A stretch of 64,000 nt of DNA, from contig JALUTT010000170.1 of assembly GCA_027021705.1 (NCBI GenBank), forward strand, positions 17,616-81,615, given 5' to 3'. The stretch's first letter is position 1; each line of letters opens with the position of its first letter. Below the pieces are notes generated by a model. It was not told the origin of the DNA and did no database searches. It saw only the letters and a list, made by a program, of their open reading frames with translations. Source of the DNA: Anaerolineae bacterium (lineage in GTDB: Bacteria; Chloroflexota; Anaerolineae; S140-20). Positions 38,981 to 47,994 of this stretch are shown piece by piece. A program made the position numbers and the translations under genes.

Positions 38981-40225
38981 ATGAGACGTCAGGGGCTGTT
39001 CATCCTTGGGGCGTTGTTGTTGATGGCGCTCCTGGTCGTAGCCTGTGCCGGCCCTCAGGGACCCGAGGGACCGCCCGGTCCGGCAGGACCGCCGGGGCCG
39101 GAAGGGCCTCAGGGTCCTCCAGGCCCCCAAGGCCCTCCAGGGCCTCAAGGACCGCCAGGGCCACAGGGACCACCAGGAGAGGCCGCCGCTGCCGAATACG
39201 TCGGGAGCGACGTTTGCGCTTCGTGCCATGAGGAGATTTATGATGTCTTTATAAAGTCGGGCCACGCCTGGAAGCTGAATCCGGTCGTGGACGGCAAGCC
39301 CCCGGAGTACCCCTTCACCGAGGTCCCAGAGCCGCCGGAAGGCTACACCTGGGATGACATCGCTTACGTCATCGGGGGCTACAACTGGAAAGCCCGGTTT
39401 ATTGACAAAAACGGTTACATCATCACCGGCCCCGACGAGAATGCCACGACCCAGTACAACTTCGCCAATCCCGAGGTGGGCAAGGAGGCCGGCTGGGTGG
39501 CCTACCATCCCGGCCAGGAGAAGCCCTACAATTGCGGGCCCTGCCACACCACCGGTTACAAGCCGGAGGGCCACCAGGACGGCCTGGAAGGGATCGTCGG
39601 CACCTGGGCGGAGCCGGGCATCAAGTGCGAGCGGTGCCATGGCCCAGGCAGCCTGCACGTTGCCAACCCCTATACCGTGCGCATGGTCGTGGACCGCGAT
39701 TCCGAGCAGTGTGGTGAATGCCATCTGCGGGGCTCGCCCGAAGCGGTCAACGCCAAAGGTGGCTTCATCCAGCACCACGAGCAATACGAGGAGCTCTTCC
39801 AGAGCAAGCATATCACCCTGCGGTGCGTGATCTGCCACGACCCCCACGCCGGAGTGGTGCAACTGCGCAAAGCGGGCGAGCAGACCACACGCACCCAGTG
39901 TGAGAACTGTCACTTCCAGGAGGCCAAGTACCAGAACTCCGAGGTACACAAGGCCGTGGGGGTGACCTGTATTGACTGCCATATGCCGCGCATCGTCAAG
40001 AGTGCCTGGGGAGACGCCGAGAAGTTCACGGGGGACATCCGCACCCATATGATGGCCATTGACCCGGATCAGATCGAGCAGTTCACCGAAGATGGCAAGA
40101 CGGCGCTGTCGCAGATCGGGCTGAACTTCGCCTGCCGCCATTGCCACGTCGAAGGGGGGAAGGCGACCCCGAAGACCGACGATGAACTGCGCGAGAGGGC
40201 AACAGGCTATCACGCCCGGCCTTAG
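38981..40225 (+). CDS. Octaheme c-type cytochrome lipoprotein with collagen-like stalk
   Basis: Lipobox VVAC, 14 G-P-X triplets, 8 CxxCH (CASCH, CGPCH, CERCH, CGECH, CVICH, CENCH, CIDCH, CRHCH). Confidence 0.9.
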   Translation: MRRQGLFILGALLLMALLVVACAGPQGPEGPPGPAGPPGPEGPQGPPGPQGPPGPQGPPGPQGPPGEAAAAEYVGSDVCASCHEEIYDVFIKSGHAWKLNPVVDGKPPEYPFTEVPEPPEGYTWDDIAYVIGGYNWKARFIDKNGYIITGPDENATTQYNFANPEVGKEAGWVAYHPGQEKPYNCGPCHTTGYKPEGHQDGLEGIVGTWAEPGIKCERCHGPGSLHVANPYTVRMVVDRDSEQCGECHLRGSPEAVNAKGGFIQHHEQYEELFQSKHITLRCVICHDPHAGVVQLRKAGEQTTRTQCENCHFQEAKYQNSEVHKAVGVTCIDCHMPRIVKSAWGDAEKFTGDIRTHMMAIDPDQIEQFTEDGKTALSQIGLNFACRHCHVEGGKATPKTDDELRERATGYHARP

Positions 40226-40339
40226 ACCGACCGATCCGGATCGTTGCCAAGAGCACGTCTGCGGGCCGGGGACTGCCTCCCGGCCCGCATTCCCATCTGG
40301 GCTCGCCGTCCAGCAGCGCAGGATAGTGGGTGGATAACA

Positions 40340-41452
40340 ATGAAGCGGTTTGCCGTGCTCCCAGGTCTGGTGGGGCTGGTTCTGGTGAGCCTCGCCCTCG
40401 TAGCCGCCCCCACAGCGGCTCAGCCGGCCCGGCCCACCCCGTCGGTCCCGAATGTGGGTGATGAGACCTGCCTGGCCTGTCACGACACACCGGGGTTGCA
40501 GATCACGCTCCCCTCGGGTGAGCCCCTCTACCTGACCGTGGACCGGGTGATCTACAAGACCTCGACCCACGGGCGGCTGGGCTATGCCTGCGTCCAGTGC
40601 CACACGGATATTGGCGAGTTCCCTCATCCGCCCCTACAGGTGACCAGCCGGCGGGAATTCACGTTGAAGCTGTACCGGTCCTGTGCTCGGTGCCACGAGG
40701 ACAAGTACGAGGCCACCCTGGACAGCGTTCACCAGGCTGCCCTGGCTGCAGGCCACCCGGAGGCTGCCGTCTGCACCGACTGTCACGGGGCCCACAACAT
40801 CGGGCCACCGGACAAACCGCGCAGCCACATCTCCCGAACCTGCCGCCGTTGCCATTCCCAGATCTATGACCTGTATGAGAAGAGCGTCCACGGCGCGGCG
40901 CTGATTGACGAAGGGAACCCTGATGTCCCCTCTTGCACCGACTGTCACGGGGTGCACAGCGTCGAAGGGCCCTCCACCAGCCCGTTTCGCCTCTTCTCAC
41001 CACAGATCTGTGCCCGCTGCCACGCCGATCCGAAGCTGATGGGGCGCTATGGCATCAGTACCGACGTCTTCGACACCTACGTCGCCGACTTCCACGGCAC
41101 CACCGTCATCCTCTTCGAGGCCATTGCCCCGGATCAGGAGACCAACAAGCCGGTCTGCATTGACTGTCATGGCGTGCACGACATCCAGACGACGGACGAT
41201 CCGGAGAGCCGGGTCATTAAGGAAAACCTGCTTGCCACCTGCCGGAAGTGCCATCCTGATGCCACGGCCAACTTCCCTACCGCCTGGCTCAGCCACTACC
41301 GGCCCAGTCCCGAGCACGCACCGCTGGTCTACTTCGTCAACCTGTTCTACGAGATCCTGATCCCCACGGTGATCGGGGCAATGGTGATCTTCAACGCTAC
41401 CGACATCTACCGACGGGTTGTCTGCCGCCTTCGGGAGCGCCGCCATGGGTGA
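40340..41452 (+). CDS. Nonaheme c-type cytochrome with C-terminal TM (CbcL heme-c domain-like)
   Basis: Signal peptide; 9 CxxCH; SVHG-type repeats; C-terminal TM helix. Confidence 0.88.
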   Translation: MKRFAVLPGLVGLVLVSLALVAAPTAAQPARPTPSVPNVGDETCLACHDTPGLQITLPSGEPLYLTVDRVIYKTSTHGRLGYACVQCHTDIGEFPHPPLQVTSRREFTLKLYRSCARCHEDKYEATLDSVHQAALAAGHPEAAVCTDCHGAHNIGPPDKPRSHISRTCRRCHSQIYDLYEKSVHGAALIDEGNPDVPSCTDCHGVHSVEGPSTSPFRLFSPQICARCHADPKLMGRYGISTDVFDTYVADFHGTTVILFEAIAPDQETNKPVCIDCHGVHDIQTTDDPESRVIKENLLATCRKCHPDATANFPTAWLSHYRPSPEHAPLVYFVNLFYEILIPTVIGAMVIFNATDIYRRVVCRLRERRHG

Positions 41453-42599
41453 GGTTCGTAAGTACCTGCGTTTCCCCCTCTCCTACCGCCTCGAGCACGG
41501 GCTGCTTATGCTCAGCTTCACGGTCCTGGCCATCACCGGCCTGGTCCAGAAGTACGCCGGCACCGGCCTTGCCGAAGGGGTCGTGGCCTTGATGGGGGGC
41601 ATCGAGCGCGTGCGCATCACGCATCGGGTCGCCGCCATCGTCCTGATGATCGAGACGGTCTACCACGTGGGGGCTGTGGGCTATCGCCTCTTCGTACACC
41701 GCGCCCGCCCCACAATCCTCCTGACGTTGGACGATGGGCGCATCGCGCTCCAAATGCTGCTGTACAACCTAGGCCTGCGGAAGGAACGCCCCCTTCAAGG
41801 TCGCTACACAGTAGAAGAGAAGATCGAGTACTGGGCCGTGGTCTGGGGAACGCTGATTATGGCGGTCACAGGGTTTATGATGTGGAACCCCATCGCCACC
41901 ACACGCCTCTTGCCTGGGGAGTTCGTCCCGGCGGCCAAGGCGGCCCACGGCAACGAAGCCCTTCTGGCCGTGCTGGCCATCCTCGTCTGGCACGTCTACC
42001 ACGTGCACCTCCGCCACTTCAACAAGAGCATCTTCACCGGCTACCTCACCGAAGAGGAGATGCGGGAAGAGCATCCCCTGGAGCTGACCACGGTGGAGAC
42101 GAGGGCCGCTGTGGAGAGCCCCAGGGTACTGGCCCGGAGGCGCTGGGCCTTCTTCTCCATCTACGGCACGCTGGCAGCCGCCATGTTGGTGGGCATCTAC
42201 CTCTTCGTCACTTTCGAGGAGACGGCCATCACGACGGTACCGCCGCCGGAACAGGTGGTGATCTACGCACCGCTGACGCCGACGCCTCTGCCGACGCCGT
42301 TGCCTACCCCCACGCCGCTGCCTCAAGTGGCCGCCTCCTGGAAGGGGGGGGTGGCCATGCTGCTCCAGGAGCGGTGTGGCAACTGCCACAACAGCACGGC
42401 CAGGTTGGGTGGCCTGGACCTCAGCAGCTACGAAGGAGTCCTGGTGGGCGGTGCCAGCGGCCCGGTCATCGTTCCGGGTGATCCCGCAGCCAGCCTGCTG
42501 GTGGTCCGGCAGGCGGCGGGGGACCATCCTGGCCAGCTCAGTGGTGAAGAGCTGGCCCTGATCCGCCAGTGGATTCAGGCGGGTGCACCAGAACAGTGA
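41445..42599 (+). CDS. Cytochrome b (FdnI/HydC-like) fused to monoheme planctomycete cytochrome C domain
   Basis: RLEH, THRVAA, EKIEYWAVVWGT, AHGNEALLA, WHVYHVH; PT linker; CGNCH...IVPGDP...WIQAGA. Confidence 0.87.
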   Translation: MGEVRKYLRFPLSYRLEHGLLMLSFTVLAITGLVQKYAGTGLAEGVVALMGGIERVRITHRVAAIVLMIETVYHVGAVGYRLFVHRARPTILLTLDDGRIALQMLLYNLGLRKERPLQGRYTVEEKIEYWAVVWGTLIMAVTGFMMWNPIATTRLLPGEFVPAAKAAHGNEALLAVLAILVWHVYHVHLRHFNKSIFTGYLTEEEMREEHPLELTTVETRAAVESPRVLARRRWAFFSIYGTLAAAMLVGIYLFVTFEETAITTVPPPEQVVIYAPLTPTPLPTPLPTPTPLPQVAASWKGGVAMLLQERCGNCHNSTARLGGLDLSSYEGVLVGGASGPVIVPGDPAASLLVVRQAAGDHPGQLSGEELALIRQWIQAGAPEQ

Positions 42600-42635
42600 G
42601 GGCGATGGGGAGTCGAGGACGAGAGGAGAAGGACG

Positions 42636-44333
42636 ATGGGTCGTATCCGGCAGGTGTTACGCAGCCTCTTCTTCCCCCCGCCAGGGACCCGGCTATGGCG
42701 GTGGCTATTGCCCTACGCCATCCTGGGCGTGATGACCCTGGTGGTGCTGATCCTCGGCGCGTATAGCTGGGAGTACACCAACTCTCCGGAGTTCTGTGGC
42801 ACAGCCTGCCACACCATGCCTCCCGAGTACACCGCCTACCTGGTCTCACCCCACGCCCGGGTGAAGTGCGTCGAGTGCCACATCGGACGCAGCTTCATCG
42901 CCACCCAGATTTCACGCAAGGCTGGGGACATTGAGCACATCGTCTCCTTGGCTTTCCGGCGCTACGAGTTCCCCATCTACGTCAGGACGATGCGGCCGGC
43001 GCGGGAGAGCTGCGAACGCTGTCACTACCCGGAGAAGTTCTCCGACGACAGCCTGCGCGAGATCAAGCGCTTCCGCGACGACCGGGACAACACGCCCTAC
43101 AGCATCTACCTCACGCTGAAGACGGGCGGTGGCAGCAAGCGCCAAGGACTGGGAAGGGGCATCCACTGGCACATCGAGAACCCCGTCTACTACCTGGCCC
43201 TGGACCCCGATGAGCAGGTGATCCCCTACGTGCGGGTGGTGGGCGACGATGGGTCCGTCACCGAGTATGTGGATGTCGAGGCCGACATCAACCCGGCGGA
43301 GATAGACCCGGCCGACCTGAAGGAGATGGACTGCATCACTTGTCACAACCGCATCACCCACCTGATCCGCCCGCCTGACGATATTGTAGACCAACTGATG
43401 GCGCGCCGAGTGATCTCGCCGGAGATCCCGGAGATCCACCGCAAGGCCGTCGAGGCGCTCAGCACCCGTTACGACTCCATCGAGATAGCGATGAACGCCA
43501 TTGCTGGCCTGATGGGCTACTATCAGACCTACTACCCGGATTTCTACGCGGCCAACCGGGATCAGATTGAGGCGGCCATTGCGGCCCTGCAGGAGGCCTA
43601 CCGACAGAGCGTCTTCCCGGAGCAGAAGGCCGATTGGACCACCCACGTCAACGAGATTGGTCACAAGTACTCACCCGGCTGTTTCCGTTGCCACGACGGC
43701 AAGCACTTGAACGCGCAACAAGAGGCCATCCGGCTGGAGTGCAACCTCTGTCACTCGATCCCCGTGGTGGTCGGCCCCAACGACTTCGTCGCCAGGATCG
43801 AGATCAGTCGGGGGCCGGAGCCTAAGTCCCACCTGCACGCCAACTGGATTGGCCTGCACCGCGACATCTTCGACGACACCTGCGCCAACTGCCATACCAC
43901 CGAGGACCCCGGAGGGACCAGCAACGTCTCCTTCTGCTCCAACAGCGCCTGTCACGGTACGGTGTGGGAGTACGCTGGCCTGGATGCGCCGGAACTGCGC
44001 AAGATCCTGGCCCAGCAGATCCCCCAGATTGCCCCGACCCCGACCCCCATCCCCGAAGGCATCGCCCTTACCTACGCCGATACCATCGGGCCGCTGCTCC
44101 GGGACCGCTGTGGCACCTGCCACGGGGAGAAGGGGATCCAGGGGCTCAACCTGACCACCTACGAAGGGCTGCTGAAGGGTGGGGCCGGCGGGCCAGCCAT
44201 CGTGCCCGGCGACCCGGACAAGAGCTTGCTCGTTCAGGAGCAGCGGGGGGAGCAACCCCACTTCGGTCAGCTGACCGACCAAGAGCTGGAATTGGTCATC
44301 CAATGGATCGAGGCTGGTGCACCGAAGGACTAA
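42636..44333 (+). CDS. NapC/NirT-domain multiheme cytochrome (ImcH-like) with C-terminal monoheme domain
   Basis: N-terminal TM, TNSPEFCGTACHTM, SPHARVKCVECH, GIHWH; 7 CxxCH plus CX3CH and CX4CH. Confidence 0.87.
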   Translation: MGRIRQVLRSLFFPPPGTRLWRWLLPYAILGVMTLVVLILGAYSWEYTNSPEFCGTACHTMPPEYTAYLVSPHARVKCVECHIGRSFIATQISRKAGDIEHIVSLAFRRYEFPIYVRTMRPARESCERCHYPEKFSDDSLREIKRFRDDRDNTPYSIYLTLKTGGGSKRQGLGRGIHWHIENPVYYLALDPDEQVIPYVRVVGDDGSVTEYVDVEADINPAEIDPADLKEMDCITCHNRITHLIRPPDDIVDQLMARRVISPEIPEIHRKAVEALSTRYDSIEIAMNAIAGLMGYYQTYYPDFYAANRDQIEAAIAALQEAYRQSVFPEQKADWTTHVNEIGHKYSPGCFRCHDGKHLNAQQEAIRLECNLCHSIPVVVGPNDFVARIEISRGPEPKSHLHANWIGLHRDIFDDTCANCHTTEDPGGTSNVSFCSNSACHGTVWEYAGLDAPELRKILAQQIPQIAPTPTPIPEGIALTYADTIGPLLRDRCGTCHGEKGIQGLNLTTYEGLLKGGAGGPAIVPGDPDKSLLVQEQRGEQPHFGQLTDQELELVIQWIEAGAPKD

Positions 44334-44362
44334 CCTCCTTCTCCGTCTCCCGGTCGGTGGTC

Positions 44363-44397
44363 GGACCGGGCACCGGAGGGTGCCCGGTCCCTCTTTT
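44363..44397 (+). terminator. Rho-independent terminator
   Basis: ggaccgggcacc-ggag-ggtgcccggtcc-ctctttt. Confidence 0.8.
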
Positions 44398-44550
44398 GGG
44401 GCGAGTGACCGGGCGATCCCCCCCCCGGGTCGGTGGTCTAGGGGCGCTCTGCCGCGCCGTCGAAGGGTCCTGTGCTTCCGGGTGTCCTGGGGGACAGGGA
44501 GATACCGGTGCGAAAAGAGCCTCTCTCTAAAATTTTTGGGGTTGGACAAC

Positions 44551-44579
44551 TTGACAACTTCGACCTCATGGACTACAAT
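44551..44579 (+). promoter_or_regulatory. Sigma70 promoter of tRNA operon
   Basis: TTGACA-17 bp-TACAAT. Confidence 0.85.
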
Positions 44580-44591
44580 TAAGGGCGAAGC

Positions 44592-44665
44592 GCCGAGGTA
44601 GCTCAGCCTGGTAGAGCACTTGACTGAAAATCAAGGAGTCCCCAGTTCAAATCTGGGCCTCGGCA
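44592..44665 (+). tRNA. tRNA-Phe(GAA)
   Basis: Acceptor GCCGAGG/CCTCGGC, anticodon arm cttga-ctGAAaa-tcaag, T-loop GTTCAAAT. Confidence 0.95.
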
Positions 44666-44673
44666 TTGTGCCA

Positions 44674-44745
<72 letters not shown>

Positions 44746-44770
44746 CCTGATCTCCCTCCGGGGAGCCACT

Positions 44771-44841
44771 GGCGGCGTCGCCAAGGGGTAAGGCAAGGGT
44801 CTGCAAAACCCTCATCGCCGGTTCGAATCCGGCCGCCGCCT
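44771..44841 (+). tRNA. tRNA-Cys(GCA)
   Basis: Acceptor GGCGGCG/CGCCGCC, arm agggt-ctGCAaa-accct. Confidence 0.95.
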
Positions 44842-44869
44842 CTGAGGGAATGCAACGGGAGGGGTCAAG

Positions 44870-44900
44870 GCCGGTAGCGATTTGCTATCGGCTTTCGTTG
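44870..44900 (+). terminator. Hairpin/terminator between tRNA-Cys and tRNA-Leu
   Basis: gccggtagc-gattt-gctatcggc-tttcgttg. Confidence 0.5.
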
Positions 44901-44906
44901 TTGTGT

Positions 44907-44988
44907 GGGGCGGTGGCGGAACGGTAGACGCATCGGTCTTAAAAACCGAGGGGCTCGGCCCGTGTGGGTTCGAATCCCACCCGCCCTA
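44907..44988 (+). tRNA. tRNA-Leu(TAA)
   Basis: Acceptor GGGGCGG/CCGCCCT, arm tcggt-ctTAAaa-accga, long variable arm. Confidence 0.93.
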
Positions 44989-45097
44989 CTTCCCCCGCTC
45001 CTCTTGCGAGGCCCTCCCCTTGTGACCCGCCCTCCCTCAAACCAAGTGGAACTGGCAAGGGCAACCGACCGGGGTTGCCTTTGCTTTAGGAGGCAAC

Positions 45098-46639
45098 GTG
45101 ACCCTTCTGGCCGTGCTTTACAGCATCGCCGGCGTCTGGCTGGCCCTCTACGGGCTGAACGCCCTGGTTTTGGCCCTGCTTTACCTGAGAGCGAGGCCTA
45201 CGTCTTTCCTCCGAGAGGAATCCTCCGTCCCCCGGCTCCCTTCCGATCCCCCACCGGTGACCATCCAGTTGCCCATCTACAACGAGCGCCACGTGGTCGT
45301 CCGACTGATAGACGCCGTCGCGGCCCTGGACTACCCGCGCGACCGCCTCCAGGTCCAGGTGCTGGACGATTCCGACGACGAAACGACGGCACTGGCCGCC
45401 CGACGGATCGCCTACCACCAGAGCCGGGGCGTCAGAATCGAACTGGTACGGCGGCCCGACCGGTCCGGTTACAAGGCCGGCGCGCTGGCCTACGGCCTCA
45501 CCCGGGCCTGGGGGGAGTTCATCGCCGTCTTCGACGCCGATTTCGTCCCGCCCCCTGACTTTCTGAAGCGCACCCTCCCCTACTTCCTGCAAGACCCCCG
45601 CTTGGGGATGGTTCAGGCCCGGTGGGACCACCTGAACGCCGAGTACTCCCCTCTCACCCGTGCCCAGGCGCTGGCCCTGGATGGCCATTTCATCGTAGAG
45701 CAGACGGCCCGCAACCGCCACGGGCTGCTGATGAACTTCAACGGCACTGCCGGCGTCTGGCGACGGCGTTGCATTGAGGAGAGCGGGGGGTGGCAGACAG
45801 ACACCCTCTCGGAGGACCTGGACTTGAGCTATCGGGCTCAGTTGGCTGGCTGGCGCTGCCTCTACCTGCCCTGGGTGGCCGTTCCTGCCGAACTGCCGCC
45901 CCAACTGGCGGCCCTCAAACGGCAGCAGTTCCGATGGGCCAAAGGGTCCATCCAGTGCCTGCTCAAACTGACCCCCTCTCTCCTCACTTCCCGGCTCACC
46001 CTGTCTCAGAAGATCGGGGCGATGCTGCATCTGAGTAGCTACCTGGCCCATCCGCTGATGCTGTTGTTGTTGCTGACGGCGCTTCCCCTCTTCCGATACG
46101 CCGGAGAGGTTCGCCTGCCGATGGCGATGGCCTACCTGGGCTTCGCCAGCCTTGGTCCGCCGCTGGTCTACGCCCTTGCCCAGGTGGCCCTGCACCGGGA
46201 CTGGCCCCGTCGTCTGGCCTACTTTCCCCTGTTGGCCCTGCTGGGGACCGGCATCGCGCTGAACAACACCCAGGCCGCCCTCCAGGCCCTGCTCCGACGC
46301 CCCAGCGGGTTCGCCCGCACGCCCAAGTTCCGCCTGGAGGGAGGGCAAGGCCGTTGGGAGCGCAGCGACTACCGGCTCTCCGTGGACTGGACGGTGGTGG
46401 GGGAGGTGTTGTTGAGCCTCTACGCGCTGCTGACGATGGCGGTCGCCTGGCGGAGCGGTAACGGGTACGCACTGCCCTTCCTGGCCCTCTACGCGGTAGG
46501 CTTCGGCCTCACCGCTTGGCTGGGGGTCTGGCAGGGGTGGGTCGTCCCGGCCCGTTCCCGCCGTCGCTTTCCTACCGTTCCCTCGCTCACTTATGGGTGT
46601 CCGCCGGGACAGGATCACCAGGAGTTGTCCGGGCGATAG
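45098..46639 (+). CDS. Processive GT2, cellulose synthase/CslA-like
   Basis: QLPIYNE, DDSDD, YKAGAL, FDADF, SEDLD, QQFRW (QxxRW). Confidence 0.92.
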   Translation: MTLLAVLYSIAGVWLALYGLNALVLALLYLRARPTSFLREESSVPRLPSDPPPVTIQLPIYNERHVVVRLIDAVAALDYPRDRLQVQVLDDSDDETTALAARRIAYHQSRGVRIELVRRPDRSGYKAGALAYGLTRAWGEFIAVFDADFVPPPDFLKRTLPYFLQDPRLGMVQARWDHLNAEYSPLTRAQALALDGHFIVEQTARNRHGLLMNFNGTAGVWRRRCIEESGGWQTDTLSEDLDLSYRAQLAGWRCLYLPWVAVPAELPPQLAALKRQQFRWAKGSIQCLLKLTPSLLTSRLTLSQKIGAMLHLSSYLAHPLMLLLLLTALPLFRYAGEVRLPMAMAYLGFASLGPPLVYALAQVALHRDWPRRLAYFPLLALLGTGIALNNTQAALQALLRRPSGFARTPKFRLEGGQGRWERSDYRLSVDWTVVGEVLLSLYALLTMAVAWRSGNGYALPFLALYAVGFGLTAWLGVWQGWVVPARSRRRFPTVPSLTYGCPPGQDHQELSGR

Positions 46640-46698
46640 AACTGTGCTACAATGAAACGGGTCGCTTACGAATTGCAGAATGAAGGAGGGAAACACCT

Positions 46699-47595
46699 AT
46701 GGGCAACAACGGACGCGGAAGAGGCTCAATGGAACTGCGGGGGTTGATGCCCACGCCAGAGGAGCGTTGGGCCTTGATGCGCAGTTACTTGGAGCTGGGG
46801 GAGAGCGACCTGGAGGCTATGGCTGCAACGGTGGAGCCTCTCTTTCGACGCGGGCCCGACCTGGTGAAGGAGAACTATGACTACCTGGCCCGCTTCCCGG
46901 AGACGGCGGCGGTGCTGGGCTGGGAGGACGGCATTGACGAAGAGCACCTGGAGGAACGACGTCGCTTCTTCACCATCTGGCTGGCTCGGTTGCTGGGGCT
47001 GGACCTGAGCGACGATATGGCCCGTTACATGTTCTACGCCGGTAAGGTCCACGCCGGCCACGGCCCCCGCCGCATCCACGTCCCCGACATCTTCGTCACC
47101 GGGGCCGTCAGCCGGGTGCAGGCCGACTTCGCCGCCACCATCCAGGCCCACATCTCCGACGCCGGTCTGATCGCCCGAGCCCTGGCCGGCTGGAACAAAG
47201 TGCTGACCATGCACCTGGACATGATGCTGATGGGCTACCAAGTGGCGCGGGCGGTGGATGAAGGCCCCAACCCGGTGCGGGTTACCCTCTTCGGACGGTT
47301 GCGCTCCCTCGTCGGCCGCCAGGAGATGGTCATCCGCACCGGCCCGAACGCCCGGGTGGCCGACGTGCTACGCAAGTTCTTCAACTACTACCCGGAGGCC
47401 CGCCACGAGGCCCTAGAGGCCCATCCCGAGCCCCTGGAGGAAGGAGAGTCGCTCTGGCTGGAGCTGACGGAAGTCTACGTGCCCCGCAAGTCGTGGCGGG
47501 TGCTGCGCAACGGGCGCGACCTGAACTACAACGGCGGTTTTGAGGCCCCCGTCGAGGCGGGAGATGAAGTCGCCCTCTTCCCACCAGGACGCTGA
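46699..47595 (+). CDS. Protoglobin/globin-sensor domain fused to MoaD/ThiS-like beta-grasp domain
   Basis: NYDYLARFPETA, AGKVHAGHG...IHVP; C-terminal VRVTLFG...LRNGRD...GDEVALFPPGR. Confidence 0.8.
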   Translation: MGNNGRGRGSMELRGLMPTPEERWALMRSYLELGESDLEAMAATVEPLFRRGPDLVKENYDYLARFPETAAVLGWEDGIDEEHLEERRRFFTIWLARLLGLDLSDDMARYMFYAGKVHAGHGPRRIHVPDIFVTGAVSRVQADFAATIQAHISDAGLIARALAGWNKVLTMHLDMMLMGYQVARAVDEGPNPVRVTLFGRLRSLVGRQEMVIRTGPNARVADVLRKFFNYYPEARHEALEAHPEPLEEGESLWLELTEVYVPRKSWRVLRNGRDLNYNGGFEAPVEAGDEVALFPPGR

Positions 47596-47599
47596 GGAA

Positions 47600-47947
47600 G
47601 GGGGTGCAAATCTTTGATCCACCCTTCCAGCGTGGGGAGGTCCTGGCCCCGTTGCGCTAGCGCATCCCGCCCTTGCGGGAAGAACGTCCTTTGAAGCAGG
47701 TCGTGCTGTTTGGCGCTTATGCGAAGGGGACGTAATCGCTGTCCGTGAAGTTGAACTCCCGAACGTTTGTGAAGGGGAGCCCCGCGAAGACGCCTACGCC
47801 CTGGTCAAACAGACCTTGGGCATCCGTCGCCTGGAGCTTCACGTCTACGCGGAAGGGGAGTATGAGCAGCTCAGGCCGACCATCGCCCGGATGATCAGGG
47901 TGGTATCCCGCTGCCGGAGAGCACCGAAGGGGCAGCGGATCCGTAGG
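47600..47947 (+). pseudogene. Degraded minimal nucleotidyltransferase (MNT-like) gene
   Basis: Fragments PLKQVVLFGAYAKG(T, stop) and GEPREDAYALVKQTLGIRRLELHVYAEGEY in different frames; DxD motif disrupted. Confidence 0.6.
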
Positions 47948-47994
47948 CGCTCCGGGGCCCACCGTTGGACGGCCTCGTGCCTGGGGACCCTGCG

